A stretch of 63,045 nucleotides of DNA, filler included, from Choristocarpus tenellus KU-1152 (taxonomy: Eukaryota > Protista > Phaeophyceae): NCBI GenBank assembly GCA_964200185.2. It is 11 parts of 11 records of this genome, joined end to end, with 100 filler letters (N's around TTAATTAATTAA, not from the genome) between each part and the next. Parts side by side here need not be neighbours in the genome. Positions count along the whole stretch, not along the records: positions 1 to 2,832 come from CAXNAD020024346.1; positions 2,933 to 10,168 come from CAXNAD020006490.1; positions 10,269 to 15,024 come from CAXNAD020013174.1; positions 15,125 to 18,590 come from CAXNAD020019837.1; 7 more parts are not named here. One strand, given 5' to 3'. Positions within the stretch are counted from its first letter, which is position 1. Each line of letters opens with the position of its first letter. The notes beneath the pieces were generated by a model. It was not told the DNA's origin. It saw nothing but the letters and a program-made list of their open reading frames with translations, and did no database searches. The position numbers and the translations under genes were made by a program. Of this stretch, positions 1 through 16,097 are shown one piece after another.

Positions 1-957
1 ACCACTGCCCACTGAATGGGCGTTTGGGTACATAAATGGGTCACTCCTGACAGGCGTGGACTCTGAGTACCTGCCTAGCTGCCCCCTCACGCCCTCCTGT
101 GCACGTTCCTCTGGACCTGACAAAGCTTTACAAACGGGTCGGTCCCCATCGCCTTCAGAGTTATGTTCCGAGGGTGTGATTGTATGCCTCCCCCCTCGTA
201 GAGTCCTGCTTCCCTTATCTAGTGCAGGGCTAGGCGAGGGGTTATGTTGTTCCTCTTCATCACCTGGCGGGTTGGGTCTTCCACAAGGTATAGGAGCCAA
301 AGTATCTTAGAGGGTAGAGCCGCGTCCATTTGGAGATCAAAATACAATGTTGTGATTTTGATGTNNNNNNNNNNTTTAACCTACTCCGAAATATTTCGGA
401 GTCGGAAAATGTCATAAAAAACCCCATGGCAAGCCAAACCCTAGAAATGTATATTTTGTACCTACTACGAAACATTTTGGAATCGGAAAATGTCATTAAC
501 TAAATCAATGGGGAGCCAAGCCCCACAAATGGACAAACAGGGGAAAATTTGTACCCTCTAAGATAGTTTCACTCATAGGCGTGGATACGCCACCAGATAC
601 CGGTGTCTTCACCAGTGCAAAATTGCGGAAGGTGGAGAGCTCGTCCATGAGGAGTTTGATACGATCTGGTTTGAGGTTGTCCCCGAGGGCGATGCATGTG
701 ATCACCATGCCTCCTGGTCGGGTCTGGAGAAGGGCGACTTCTCTCTCGTGGGTGGCACTCGGTTCGGACTTGATCTTGTCAAGATCTTGCTCGGACGTGT
801 CATTTTTGTCTGGCGTGATCACAGTGTTTGTGTTAGTGTCAGGAAGCAAGGGATGAGGAAGAGGTTGGTGAGAAGGAGTAAGCGAGGAAGGATAGAGAGG
901 AGGAGGCAGAGGCAGAGACTGAGGAAAGGATGGATGGATTAGAGTACTTGCAGTTCG
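1..957 (-). pseudogene. Unidentified reading frame interrupted by a MITE
   Basis: Removing 294-574 plus one ATAG copy joins ORF 505..849 (..GGVSTP) to IPCGRPNPPGDEEEQ.., giving 224 stop-free codons from 957 to the window edge. No recognisable domain. Confidence 0.4.
294..574. mobile_element. MITE family B, 4-bp TSD ATAG
   Basis: Ends GAGCCAAAGTATCTTAGAGGGTA...TACCCTCTAAGATAGTTTCACTC; ATAG at 290-293 and 575-578; 10-N gap inside. Confidence 0.85.
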
Positions 958-1462
958 TTAAACTTGGGCAGATCGTTCAAGCCCATAAATCAGGAAGACA
1001 AATTGGGCTGGTAACATAGGGTGAAGAGGATGCGCATAGGACTAGCATGTAACCGTGATATAATTTCCCTTCTTTTGCCGGGTTCTGTCGACAACACAGA
1101 GAAAGTATGAATCAATATGTTCGACGAGTAACTTCGCAAAATATAAAACCGGAGAACCCTCTGTGACAATGTTCGTTGTGAAACTGCCAAACGGCGGTAA
1201 GATCTGTGAGAGTCTAGGTTGTGTGTTTGGTGTAGGGAACCATGTTTGGATGTTAACGTATGGCGATGTTGTATAATGATGTAATTGCTTGCCTGTGTGT
1301 TCGTCACTGGTGTTCACGGTAATGATGTTGTGGAAATGAGGACGGTGTAGCGCTTTCCTCGAAGGCCACTATTTACTAATATATATCGAACGGTAAACCC
1401 GGTTGACATGGGATGAATATTGCATATGAGAACGCACCAATACTGGACGCAGACGGGAAGGA

Positions 1463-1835
1463 TTTACGCGCCGACCAAGGTAACATGTAGAGAGTGCAAT
1501 CATGCACAGATTTGTGCTTGACATAGAGCAGACAGTAATTTCATGTGTTCTGTTGAACGGTAAAGGCCATCAATATCCAAAGCGCGGCAAGACTGTTGGG
1601 GGTGTGTGTGTCGATTTGAAACAGTAATCCTGAGCAGGCAGGAAAACATTACGTCGAATCTCGAAAGTGAAAGATGAAGATGAAAGGAATTTACGCGCCG
1701 ACCCGGGTTAGATGTAAGGCAACCATGCACAGGTTTATGCTTGACATATGAATGAATTTGATGTGTTCTGTCGAACGGTAAAGGTCATCAATTTCCAAAG
1801 CGCAGCAAGACGGTTGGGGGGTGTGTATGTCCACT
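1463..1835. repeat. Degenerate direct duplication, offset 227 bp
   Basis: TTTACGCGCCGACC...CATGCACAG...GCTTGACATA...GAACGGTAAAGG..ATCAAT..CCAAAGCGC..CAAGAC..TTGGGGG starts at 1463 and 1690. Confidence 0.75.
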
Positions 1836-2199
1836 TTCGATACGAACCTTATCGGAAATGTTCCAATAGTATCGGAGCCCTTTCACGTGCGTATCGAAGT
1901 TGTCACCATGTCGCCCTGGACAGACGAATTTTGTGGTGCGTGAAATTGCATTGTGGAATCTTGCTTCTATTTCGGATCAGTTGCCTGATTACTCCCAACA
2001 TATGTGACTGCAACACATGTTCCAATTTCGGGAAAAGGTTCGGTCGAATTTGCTGTACTCATTTCAGATGAAAGACATTGAATTGATTCCATGTTGACGT
2101 GTTTGATACAAGGTGAAATATGTAAATGGCGGATTGGGATTAGTGTTCAAAATGTAGGCGATTTATTTTGGTTAGGGCTAGGGTTGGTATCATGGGTGC

Positions 2200-2446
2200 G
2201 GGTCGAAATATCTTCGGGGTAGGGCCGCGACCATTTGGCGGCTGAATTCAAATGTTGCATTTTTGCTGTAATTCTTGCCATCATTATTGTTTGGAGATGT
2301 CAATGTTCTCTTTCCGAACACTCCTTTCCATAATGTAGACATTGTACTTCTCCAAAATATTTTGGAGTAAGTACAATGTCGTTGAAAACCCGTGGGCAGT
2401 CAAGCCCCAAAGGACAACCAGCGGAAAACTCGTGCCCTCTAACATA
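2200..2446. mobile_element. Degenerate MITE family B copy
   Basis: Colinear with other B copies (GCCGCGACCATTTGG, CTCCAAAATATTTTGGAG, CAAGCCCCAAA, CCCTCTAA); termini eroded. Confidence 0.7.
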
Positions 2447-2449
2447 GGG

Positions 2450-2784
2450 CATCGAATATGAAAACGCTGGTGTTATCACTGCTGACAGCTGGTGTGTACA
2501 CGGTAGGAATTGTAATAAATACAGGGCGTCGAATCTGAAAAAGCTGGTGTTACCACTGCTGACAGCTGATGTGTACAAGGTGTAGGTAATAAATACGGGT
2601 CATCGAATCTGAAAATGCTGGTATTACCACTGCTGACAGCTGGTGTGTACACGGTGGAAAAGGTAACAAATACAGGGCATTGAATTTGAAAATGCTGGTT
2701 TCACCACTGTCGACAGCTGGTGTGTACACGGTTGGAAACACAAATAAATACAAGACATCGAATTTGAAAAAGTTGGTATTACCA
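2450..2784. repeat. Minisatellite, 74-78-bp unit, about 4.4 copies
   Basis: Units start at 2450, 2527, 2601, 2678 and 2756 (CATCGAATCTGAAAA.GCTGGT.TTACCACTGCTGACAGCTGGTGTGTACACGGT...AAATAC). Confidence 0.9.
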
Positions 2785-2832
2785 GGATCAAAGTATCTGG
2801 GTGGGGGGGGGGGGGGTTTGTGAGGGGGCGTC

Positions 2833-2932
2833 NNNNNNNNNNNNNNNNNNNNNNNNNNNNNNNNNNNNNNNNNNNNTTAATTAATTAANNNNNNNNNNNN
2901 NNNNNNNNNNNNNNNNNNNNNNNNNNNNNNNN
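2833..2932. other. Artificial contig linker N44-TTAATTAATTAA-N44 (first of ten)
   Basis: The same linker occurs at 10169-10268, 15025-15124, 18591-18690, about 24733-24831, 40936-41035, 45353-45452, 49528-49627, 54689-54788 and 57843-57942. It places stops in all six frames. Confidence 0.97.
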
Positions 2933-2965
2933 ACCATTCTTCCATGGGAGGATAAGAACACCATT

Positions 2966-3159
2966 GGCTCAAAGTATCTGGGGGGGGGGGGGTGCGGCAG
3001 CTGTCCATTGGGGGTTCATTTTTCCATGTCGTGGTTTTTGTGTGATTTGGTTGCATACGTCGGACGGATAATGTAAGTTCACTTCTCCTGGTCAGGGCCC
3101 AACTGGACACCCTGGCGTAGACCCCAACCCCCCCCCTTCCTCACCAGATACTTTGAGCC
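2966..3159. mobile_element. MITE family A, 3-bp TSD ATT
   Basis: GGCTCAAAGTATCTG(G)n...(C)n..CCAGATACTTTGAGCC; ATT on both flanks. Confidence 0.9.
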
Positions 3160-3259
3160 ATTATGAAAAGACACCTTGATGGGGCGTAAGAATAAACACC
3201 TCAACTCTCTCTATGAGTCAGTTCATTCAATAGTACAGATGCGAAAGTACTCTGTGATG

Positions 3260-3318
3260 ATGCAAATCAATGCAATGCAAATCAATGCAATGCAAATCAA
3301 TGCAATGCAACCAATGCA
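3260..3318. repeat. 15-bp tandem repeat (ATGCAAATCAATGCA) x3-4
   Basis: Directly visible; lies next to the splice donor at 3325. Confidence 0.85.
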
Positions 3319-3325
3319 GTCAGAC

Positions 3326-7390
<4,065 letters not shown>

Positions 7391-10019
7391 ATGTCTTGTA
7401 CGACAGGGCCAAGTAAGGGCCAATGCTTGCATGTAATCCTTGACAACCTACCGTTAGGCCTAGTGCGTGAATAAGGCACCTTTCAATTCTTGGGACGTAC
7501 TTCGACATTTGCATCTGATATGCACTTGAATGCCTATCTTCTCTTGGCATCGGAATGCCAATACCGCTTTCATTGAAATGAATCGGCTGTGGCCTAACCT
7601 CTATGCAGGTGTACATGCCGTTGGTGCAACGGTGTCGGTCAGTGATGGAGATACGGGAAAGGACAAGGAAGACACTGTCAGTCTCGCTGAGGTGACAGGA
7701 GGACGAAAACCCATGCCAAGCGACTTTGAGCTCCTAAAAGTGATTGGGATGGGGGCATTTGGAAAAGTGCTGCAGGTATTTTTTGCTTATTATTTGCTGT
7801 TATCAGCGATCTTTTCCCCTTGAACGTCCATATCACGTCTGGTTTGCTTCTTTTGGACACAAGGGTGTCCTCGTCTTTCCATTGTGACATTTGGAGATGT
7901 AGTCGTTCATCCTTTTGATCGGAAAAAATCTGACCACGCCGTGCAACCAAAAATGAAAATCCCCGTTTCGGCATAACCATGGTCATCAGTACCGTTTTCC
8001 CTCCACTTTTGATGACACCCAACTTGCGGTCTGATGACCCCGTTGTGTAAACATTGCTTGCACTGTGAATGATATTGCGTGCTCCTTCCACTTCGTCCTC
8101 GTCATGGTGCAGTTGTTGGATTTTGCTCTTTCCATAGACACAATTTTCGTTCTCTGCCTGTCACACTCATGGATGTACCATTGAGGTCCCGAACCACGAC
8201 GTTAGACGTGGAGTATAGAGCAGTTCTGGGTAGGTTCAGCTCAACCGTAGTCACTACTTATGTACATTATTTCTACGTGAACGGGTAGCCAGAACCTCTA
8301 CATCTTGCGAAATAGTTTGGAGTGTATTGCCCTTTTCAAATATCTTGTTCTACTTCATCAAATTGATAGTACTATCTATGTGCTCCAGACTTACATACGT
8401 GTGGAAACCTTACAATTCTTTTGTTGCAAACCGAGAGATCTCGTTAGTATAATCTAAATCGTCGTGAAAAGCTTTCGATTTACTCAATTAAAATTAAAAT
8501 GTGCATACAGCTTACGAAGTGGGACTTGTGAAAGGCTGCAGGGCGAATGAATGTCTGTTGAATGGCTAGGGACTCTGCCAACGGCAAATTTGTTTGAGGA
8601 GTTCTCTTTTGCATGCCCTTTTCCACCACTGCTAGCGTTTAATCCCATATCATGCTAAACAGACATAGGTGTGGATCTGCTGGGTACAGAATTGCTGGGT
8701 ACAGAGTGGTTGTGAGTAAAATGCGTGTGAAGGTCATGATGATTTCATAATCTATTTGAAACTAAGGACTGCTGGTGTGACTGTAGCCTTCAGTTGGTTG
8801 CCGTTATTTTTCATACGTTTCAGTCTGATATTCATCCACCTTCCCTCAGTGTTGTGTGGTAACAAGATAATCTCTGCATTATCTGGGTACAACTTGTTTC
8901 TTATTCCAGCTGTTGAGTACATACACTCCAGGTCTATCTGTTGGCATGTGTTTCAGGAATGGTTAGAATATGGTGGGGCAGTTTTTTTCAAGTGTGGGAG
9001 GTTTGGAGATGTTCCACACAACCCACCCACACACACAATCCCTTGAGCGAATCACTGTAAATTCCAGTCGCATCAGTCACTGTAAGCCCTGTTGCCATCT
9101 GAACAGCCTCAACCTTGAAGTGTACTTACTGCCTGGTGGATATGCTCCTCTCTGTGACTTCCACCACCCAGGTGGATTTCACCCATTCATTGCAAGGGAA
9201 GCTCTAGTGAAATCTTTCCATGGTTCTGTTGAGTATATTTTCCTCTGGACATGGACTTTGTGTGGACTGGACTCTACCATGCTATTTGTGTTTGTCATAC
9301 CTTGTGCTGTGTGCTCCAGTTCACATCCATTATATACATACAACTTCCAACTGTGATTGTTAGGTGGGAGAGACCTAAAGCCTGGTCACAGACCAACAAT
9401 GAAAATAACTTATCAATCAAACGTTTTTGGTTACAATCTCAAGAGAGTTTTTTTTTTTTAGGCGATTGCAGTGTACAAGGCAAGGGCATTTTGTCGGCGT
9501 GATTCAATCCCATACCTTCAATGTCTTTAAAATGGAAGGTGCGCAGCCGACGAAATGGTCACATATTGGCAATGAAGTGCATCTCGAAGAAGATGCTGGA
9601 GAGGCGAAACCATACTTCATACATGCAGGCAGAGAGAGACATCATGACAAAGGTGACGCATGGTACACATTATGTGAATGTCTGTACTTGTGTGTGTGCC
9701 TTTTTAGATGGTGTTAGATGATGTTAGAATGTTGTGGTGAGTAGTGTTCTCGGGGGAATACACATCTACTGTGTCTCAATTGAGCTGAATATCATGCTCT
9801 TGTACCCCATGCAAAGGTGAATCATCCATTTATTGTGGGGCTCCAGTGTGCTTTCCAGACTGATGTCAAGCTCTTCCTGGTGATGGAATACCTCCCGGGT
9901 GGTGAGCTATTTTTTCACCTCAGCAAGAAAGGGTTATTCTTGGAGGAATACGCTAGGTTCTATGCTGCTGAGATGGTGCTGGCCCTGGAGCATCTTCATA
10001 GCAAGGGCATAATACACAG
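7391..10019 (+). CDS. S6K: AGC-family Ser/Thr kinase, ribosomal protein S6 kinase-like (5' part)
   Basis: Exons 7391-7412 (MSCTTGP), 7609-7775 (DFELLKVIGMGAFGKVLQ, Gly loop), 9539-9652 (ILAMKC..YMQAERDIMTK), 9817-10019 (VNHPFIVGLQCAFQT..KLFLVMEYLPGGELFFHL..ARFYAAEMVLALEHLHSKGIIHR). Truncated by the contig end. Confidence 0.9.
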
Positions 10020-10308
10020 GTGAATTTTACGTCGACTCTTGGTCAGTCACTATTTGATGCTTACCTGGCACTTCACACCTGTGTCCTATCCCCCATCAGG
10101 GTCAAAGTATCTGGGGGGGGGGGGGGGGGGGGCGGGTACGGTTTTTACATCTTATTGTTTGTTTTTTTNNNNNNNNNNNNNNNNNNNNNNNNNNNNNNNN
10201 NNNNNNNNNNNNTTAATTAATTAANNNNNNNNNNNNNNNNNNNNNNNNNNNNNNNNNNNNNNNNNNNNGGGGGGGAGAGAGAGAAAGAACGGGGAGAGAG
10301 TGACCCAC

Positions 10309-12803
10309 CCTTCCAAAGAGGACCAGCTCCTTGTTCGCCAAAGATCCAAACTTGGGATGATCCTTGTTGTTCGGATCCACAAAGTGTTCAATCTGAAAAA
10401 AAGACAAGAAGACAAGACACACAAGGCACACGCCAAGTGTAAACAGATCAAAACGCCTGTCTTGTGAATCAGTTTACGGAGGAGGGAAAAGAGGCAAAAG
10501 AAGTTCCTAGGTATCAAATGCACTATTTAAAAAAAAAATCATCTTGAGCAGCAGCAACAAAATAATAAATAAATACAAACTCTCGTCCGTGTGAAATAAA
10601 ACGAAAAAAAACGGTTGACAGGGATCCTGTAACTGCCGTTGACAAAATTTTCTACATTTTTTTTCACACAATATATAAAAAAATTAACCCTCCTATCATT
10701 ACGGTAGCGCATTCACTTTCTTTTTCTACACTTGAACTTGTCAAAAAAAAATTTGCTCAAGCGCAGACCCCACTGCATCCCCACCCTGTTGTGTGTCACT
10801 AAATATTATTTTTTATGTAAAGTGTTTTCTCTGGTGTACCATGATGAAGTACACATTCTACAAAAATAGTCAGGGGGGGGAGGGTGTGTGTGGCAAACCC
10901 TGGAGGAATCAATAAATATCCAAATTTGCACCAATATCCCAAAATATTTTAGGACAAATTGGAGGTTTTATTACGTCAACACAAGAACAGTGGTGTGTAC
11001 ACGCACCAATAACCCACAATATTTTTGGACAAATCAGAGGCTTTATACGCCAATACAATAACAGCAGTCTGTACATTCAGCATCACACCAATTGGTCAAG
11101 CCACGATAACTTGGGGACTAAAACAGAACTTTCTCACACAAATAAAAAAAACATGCAACAAAAAACAAATGCCTTAACATATCCTCCTCCAACGCACTCA
11201 CTATCACAAACTAACAAATACAAATATTTCAAAAAATCTAATCAAAAGATCCACCAACCCCAGCTCTAGTCTATACTATCGTTGCAACACACCTTACAGC
11301 AACTCTCACACTGAATTTTTTCTTAACAAAATATCTTTCAATCAACAATTATATCCACCCAAACCCCACCAACATCCAATGGATCATTCCCTCTCTCCCC
11401 TCCCCTCCCCTCCCCTTGCTTCTCACCTCTGCCATGGTAAACTCTCTCACACGGAGCAGCCCTGCCCTGGGAGAGATCTCGTTACGGAACCCTAACCCTA
11501 TCTGCACAATTACAAGTCACATGTCACACATTATTATTATTATTATAACTAAACTGTTACCAAAAAATAATATAAAAAGTGGGTTGAACAAAAAATAATA
11601 TCAAAATTGTGAAGACGACTCAATAATAAGTGTTGTGCAAAATCGTAATTTCTTTTCTAGTTTTTCTAATTTGTTGACAACTAATCGCCATCGAGATTTG
11701 TCACGATTGATAATTATAAAAAAATGTCAATAAATATATATATATATAAATACAAATGTCACAATTAAGAACTTTTTCTTCTTCCAAAATTATTCTTCAC
11801 GGCATGTAACAATAAAATGAAAAAATTAATCTCACAAAAAAAAAAATGCAGTAAAAGCACAGGTTTTAAGATTAGAAAAAATAAATAGCACACATTGGCA
11901 GTGGCCAGATGAAAACAACTTTTACCTTCCTCATACTCTCATACCCACCTAAACTCATGTGTCAATTAACCAAAACCCCTAACAGTAGTGTTGGTATACA
12001 TACTATCTGATATTGTGAATTCCTAACCCTTGGAGATAAAAACCACTTCACTTCTACACCAGCTACCTATTTTTAGTTTTACTTCTTCCATCTTTTGGGG
12101 GGTATATATATATACCTACCATATGTGCCATTGCAGCATAGCATTACAAACACCACTAACTGTTGGCATTAAAAATTATATTACAGATTAGTATGGTACA
12201 GTGTAGTATGCTTAATTTACCCAATGATAATTTGCAAAAGTTACCATGCAATAAAAAATAAAAAGTAAAAATATTTGTAGGCAATGGTTACACCATGGAG
12301 TCAGTCAGTAGTATGAGAAATCATTGAAGGTAAGGAATACAAGACTCACCACTACATTGAAGGTCCATTGTACACAATATTACTAATATCACTAATATTA
12401 ATATCTCTAATATTAGTATGACCATTGTGACGGTTCAAACTGGTCATTTACTCACTCTATGAGGTAATACAGTATAGAACAGTATCATGGAGTGTGGTAT
12501 AGTGTAATGATTATCATGTAGTGTAGTATCATGTAGTAGAGTATCGTCCAGAATAGTGTAGTACAATGCATCATCAAGCAATGGTAAGGATAAGTATGGA
12601 CACAGGAACACACAGATCTCCATCCACATCATACATCACCATACCACATCACCATACCACATCACACACAACCATACCTGTGCAGCAGCAAAGGGCATCT
12701 TTTGCGCATTATAGTCCAGCAGCCTCCGGAAGTTCACAAACAGACCCTGGGCCGTCTCCGGTCTGAAGTACCCCACTTGTGTACCTTCAGGACCAATTGT
12801 TGT
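10309..12803 (-). CDS. GARS1: Glycyl-tRNA synthetase, eukaryotic type (internal exons)
   Basis: Phase-0 exons 12803-12678 ([32 protein letters not shown]), 11501-11427 ([25 protein letters not shown], class II motif 2) and 10392-10309 ([15 protein letters not shown]). Confidence 0.95.
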
Positions 12804-13562
12804 CTACCAAACAATAGCAACAAATGGAAAGACGACCAGCACAACACACAAGGTGCATCAAGGAGGAAAGGGAGACAAAGCTACTATCCAAGAGGGGTGC
12901 ATCATCATTCTTAATGGTAAATTGTGATACATGTAGATTGTGAATCACAACTACTGTGGAGAGGGCCTTCGGCTAGCAATGCATTACGTACCATTCCTAA
13001 TCTTCTCACTTCAGTATACACATAACACATTTTCGTCGTTGAGGGAGGGGGGCATGTCACACACTGGATGAGGTAAAAGAAATAAAAAAATATAGATATG
13101 AAATACTGACAACACAAGGGATAGAGTCACGCCCACCCCCCTCGAATTGTTTTGCATCAAAGAGGGACGGTGGAGTCCATAGTAGGTACCGAGGGATGTG
13201 ACTATATCTCATGCACAATGGAGAGGTATCAAGATGGAGCTCGTAACAGGTACCAAGGGATACACATATATCTCACGCATGTTGGAAAGACATCAAGACC
13301 TGCATCTACCCCTAGGGATCTACTACTACCAGTGTAAAACAGATTGCAGCATTGGTTTACTTCACCGCCTCGGAGTTACACTATATATATATATATATAT
13401 ATTAGTGATGGTCTAAGGACCAATGAGAGAGGCTACCGGCCCAGGCAAGCATATCACATTGGCTAAACACACCGGTGCGCTATTGTCATTGGTCAAAATA
13501 ATACGTTTAGTATCTCATCGCAAATGGGCTGTGCTGATGCTGTTTGTTCAAGTGTTACACCT

Positions 13563-15024
13563 TGTTAAGAAAATGCTCTTTATTCATGTGTAAAATATGA
13601 TTCTGTGGGAGAAACACTGAGTTGTTGAAGTATTGTTGGATGATAAAAATATTGTCAGCGGGTTATTATAGTATAGCCGATAGTATGTCTTTGTTAGGTG
13701 ACAACGAAAATATTGTCTGCGGGTTATTTTGATACAACGGACTGAATGACGGGTTATTATAATATGTAAATCGTAAGGTGATGACCCCCTTTGAGCTTTG
13801 TACCTCACTCTCTCTTCTTTCTTACACCTTCCTTACGTCATGTACAACCTGTTCAACATAATGAGGAACTAATCTAGTTATTTACATACAAGTCTTGGGA
13901 ACACCAGTTTCTTTAACATGCTAGCTAGCACGACTTATTGAATTGTGCTAAGTTCTTCAAGGCTAGCGATACATCGATTGGAGGGTGGAGGGGGAGTCCC
14001 GATGGAGGAGATCGTTGGTTATAGAAGACGTACTTCGAGAAGAGCGGAGTATGGAGATACGACACTTACAACACCAGTTGAAGAAGGTGGAGAGGTGGTC
14101 GAGTCTGATGATGAAGATGACAGAGGGGCGGTTAGCAAAACCGCACACCAGGGGTCACCACATGGCCGAAGATTAAAACGACTGATTCCATTGCCATTAA
14201 CGTTCAAGGTCTACAGTGGTGATGACGACGGTGATGGATTTGCTATGTTCGTGCAAAAATTTCTTTTGTGTTTTGCCATGGGGGGATGGAAAGACAAGCT
14301 GTTATCTGATGATCACATCAGAGTCAGCAGCGATTACTTTGACACGTCAAGATGGTCAGAATGAGAAATAGACAAGGCGAGTATGTGGCGATGACTGCTC
14401 TGGCGATGGATTTGGACGGGTTTACGGAAAAAGTGGCGAGCAACCATGACAATCCTTCGGAAGCTTATCAAGCTTTACGGAACCACTTTAGGCGAAGTGG
14501 TACTACGGAAAGGGCTACGATGAGATCGAGACTTAATTCTTTACATTTACCTGCTGGTGAAGATCCGGCTACAGTCATCTTGAAATTGGATAACATAGTC
14601 AAGAAAATGCCATCCTTGGATGACGAACCCAGCGAAGAAGAGAACAGCTGAGTGCGATGCATAATTGCTTAACTGACGAGTACTTCATTGAGATTCGCCA
14701 GGTCACAGGTTGCGATCGGGCTGCAAGGATGGATCTACAGCAGAGAGTTTGCGAAACGTACCAACTTCGCAAACGATAACGTGAACGAAGGATGGGAAAC
14801 AGTGGTGGTGCATTGATGGTTGGAGGTCCCCGATCCAGGAACGGAAATACAGGTTTTGTGAAGGATCGGCAGCCAAAACGTGTGGAGTGCTGGCAGTGTG
14901 GAGGACCACACTATCGATCTTCTTGTCCCAATGTCGTTTCATCCCGATCTTACACAGGTTCATGTTACATCTGTGGAGAAAAAGGACACAAGGCTTACCA
15001 TTCTTCCACACCTCAGACCAGGTC
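13563..15024 (+). mobile_element. Ty1/copia-type LTR retrotransposon relic (5' LTR plus decayed gag)
   Basis: LTR 13563-13918 (TGTTAA...TTAACA). Gag is split over ORFs at 13945, 14352 and 14792 by frameshifts and stops, with zinc knuckles CWQCGGPHYRSSC and CYICGEKGH. Homologous to the element at 38997-40723. Confidence 0.85.
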
Positions 15025-15898
15025 NNNNNNNNNNNNNNNNNNNNNNNNNNNNNNNNNNNNNNNNNNNNTTAATTAATTAANNNNNNNNNNNNNNNNNNNN
15101 NNNNNNNNNNNNNNNNNNNNNNNNCCGAAACGGACGCCCCCTCACAAACCACCCCTCCCCCCCCCAGATACTTTGACCCACTGCTCTCCTCCCCAACCTT
15201 CCCTTCGGCCAGTCACTCTGTTTCCTTCGCCCACCGTGACCAGGCTTCTCCACAGACTTTGTCACTGTACCACCTGGTGATGGACTCGCCGCTCTCTTCC
15301 TGCTTTCCTGAGGTGGCAGTTCTTGCAGAGCAGTTCTCCAATGTGGTTGAAGACCCAAGCATGTTTGTGTGGAAGTTCTTTGAAAGCATCTTCTCTCAGC
15401 GTCACTGTCGCCACTGCGTGATCCACTTCACAATTTGATCATGCTGCTGTTGCACCACACTACTCGCACTTTCTCGTCATCTAACATTGCACTGAGGGTC
15501 ATGTGGTACTTCCTTTTCCTTCACCTCTCGACAGAGAAGGTGTCGAGGGTAGATCCAGAGGGTAGAGTGGCCTCGACGGCTCTCCTTGTGTCGCCGTCGT
15601 GGTTCATGTTGCTGTGTAAGTCATGTGTGTGTGTGGTTACAGAAAGTCTCCAAAAAGCGTCAAAAATATGTCCAGAAATCTTGGATTTTTTTCGGTGTAC
15701 ACACACCGACCAAACTTGGGCAGTGGCCTACCCCGGATCAGGTTTCTACAAGGAGTTCAGCCAACCACTTCATTTTTGTCCGTTTTGAAGTCTTGTCCCT
15801 CAAAATTGCATCTTTGATCGGGACATAGCTCCCGTTCTCCGAAGCATGGACATTCGTGGATACAAACCTTCAAACCCTCTTCTCATTGATACATACAT

Positions 15899-16097
15899 TT
15901 TATTATTTTGCACTTTGACATTTTGCAGATGTGTCAGGGGGAAAACAAATGAAAACTATACATATATATGTCAGTACAAGCCCTAAAAAAATGAAATATC
16001 CTAAACGTGAGAGCACTATAAAGCACTGTAAGTGTGAAAACCATTAATCAGTTACTTCACCACTATCAATATTGCACTACTGTCTTCCTGTGCTTCC
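15899..16097 (-). mobile_element. Dispersed repeat, probable non-LTR retrotransposon 3' end
   Basis: Reverse complement matches 43481-43680 (GGAAGCACAGGAAGACAGTAG...CTGACATATATATGTATAGTTTTCATTTGTTTTCCCCCTGACACAT.TGCAAAATGTCAAAG). Confidence 0.6.

Noticed and set aside
2450-2784. CRISPR-like array
   Set aside because: The variable parts are homologous to each other (GGT...AATAAATAC.GG), the conserved part is long and imperfect, there are no cas genes, and the context is eukaryotic.
11490-11500. Telomere-like CCCTAACCCTA
   Set aside because: Falls in a GlyRS exon, encoding IGLGF on the minus strand.
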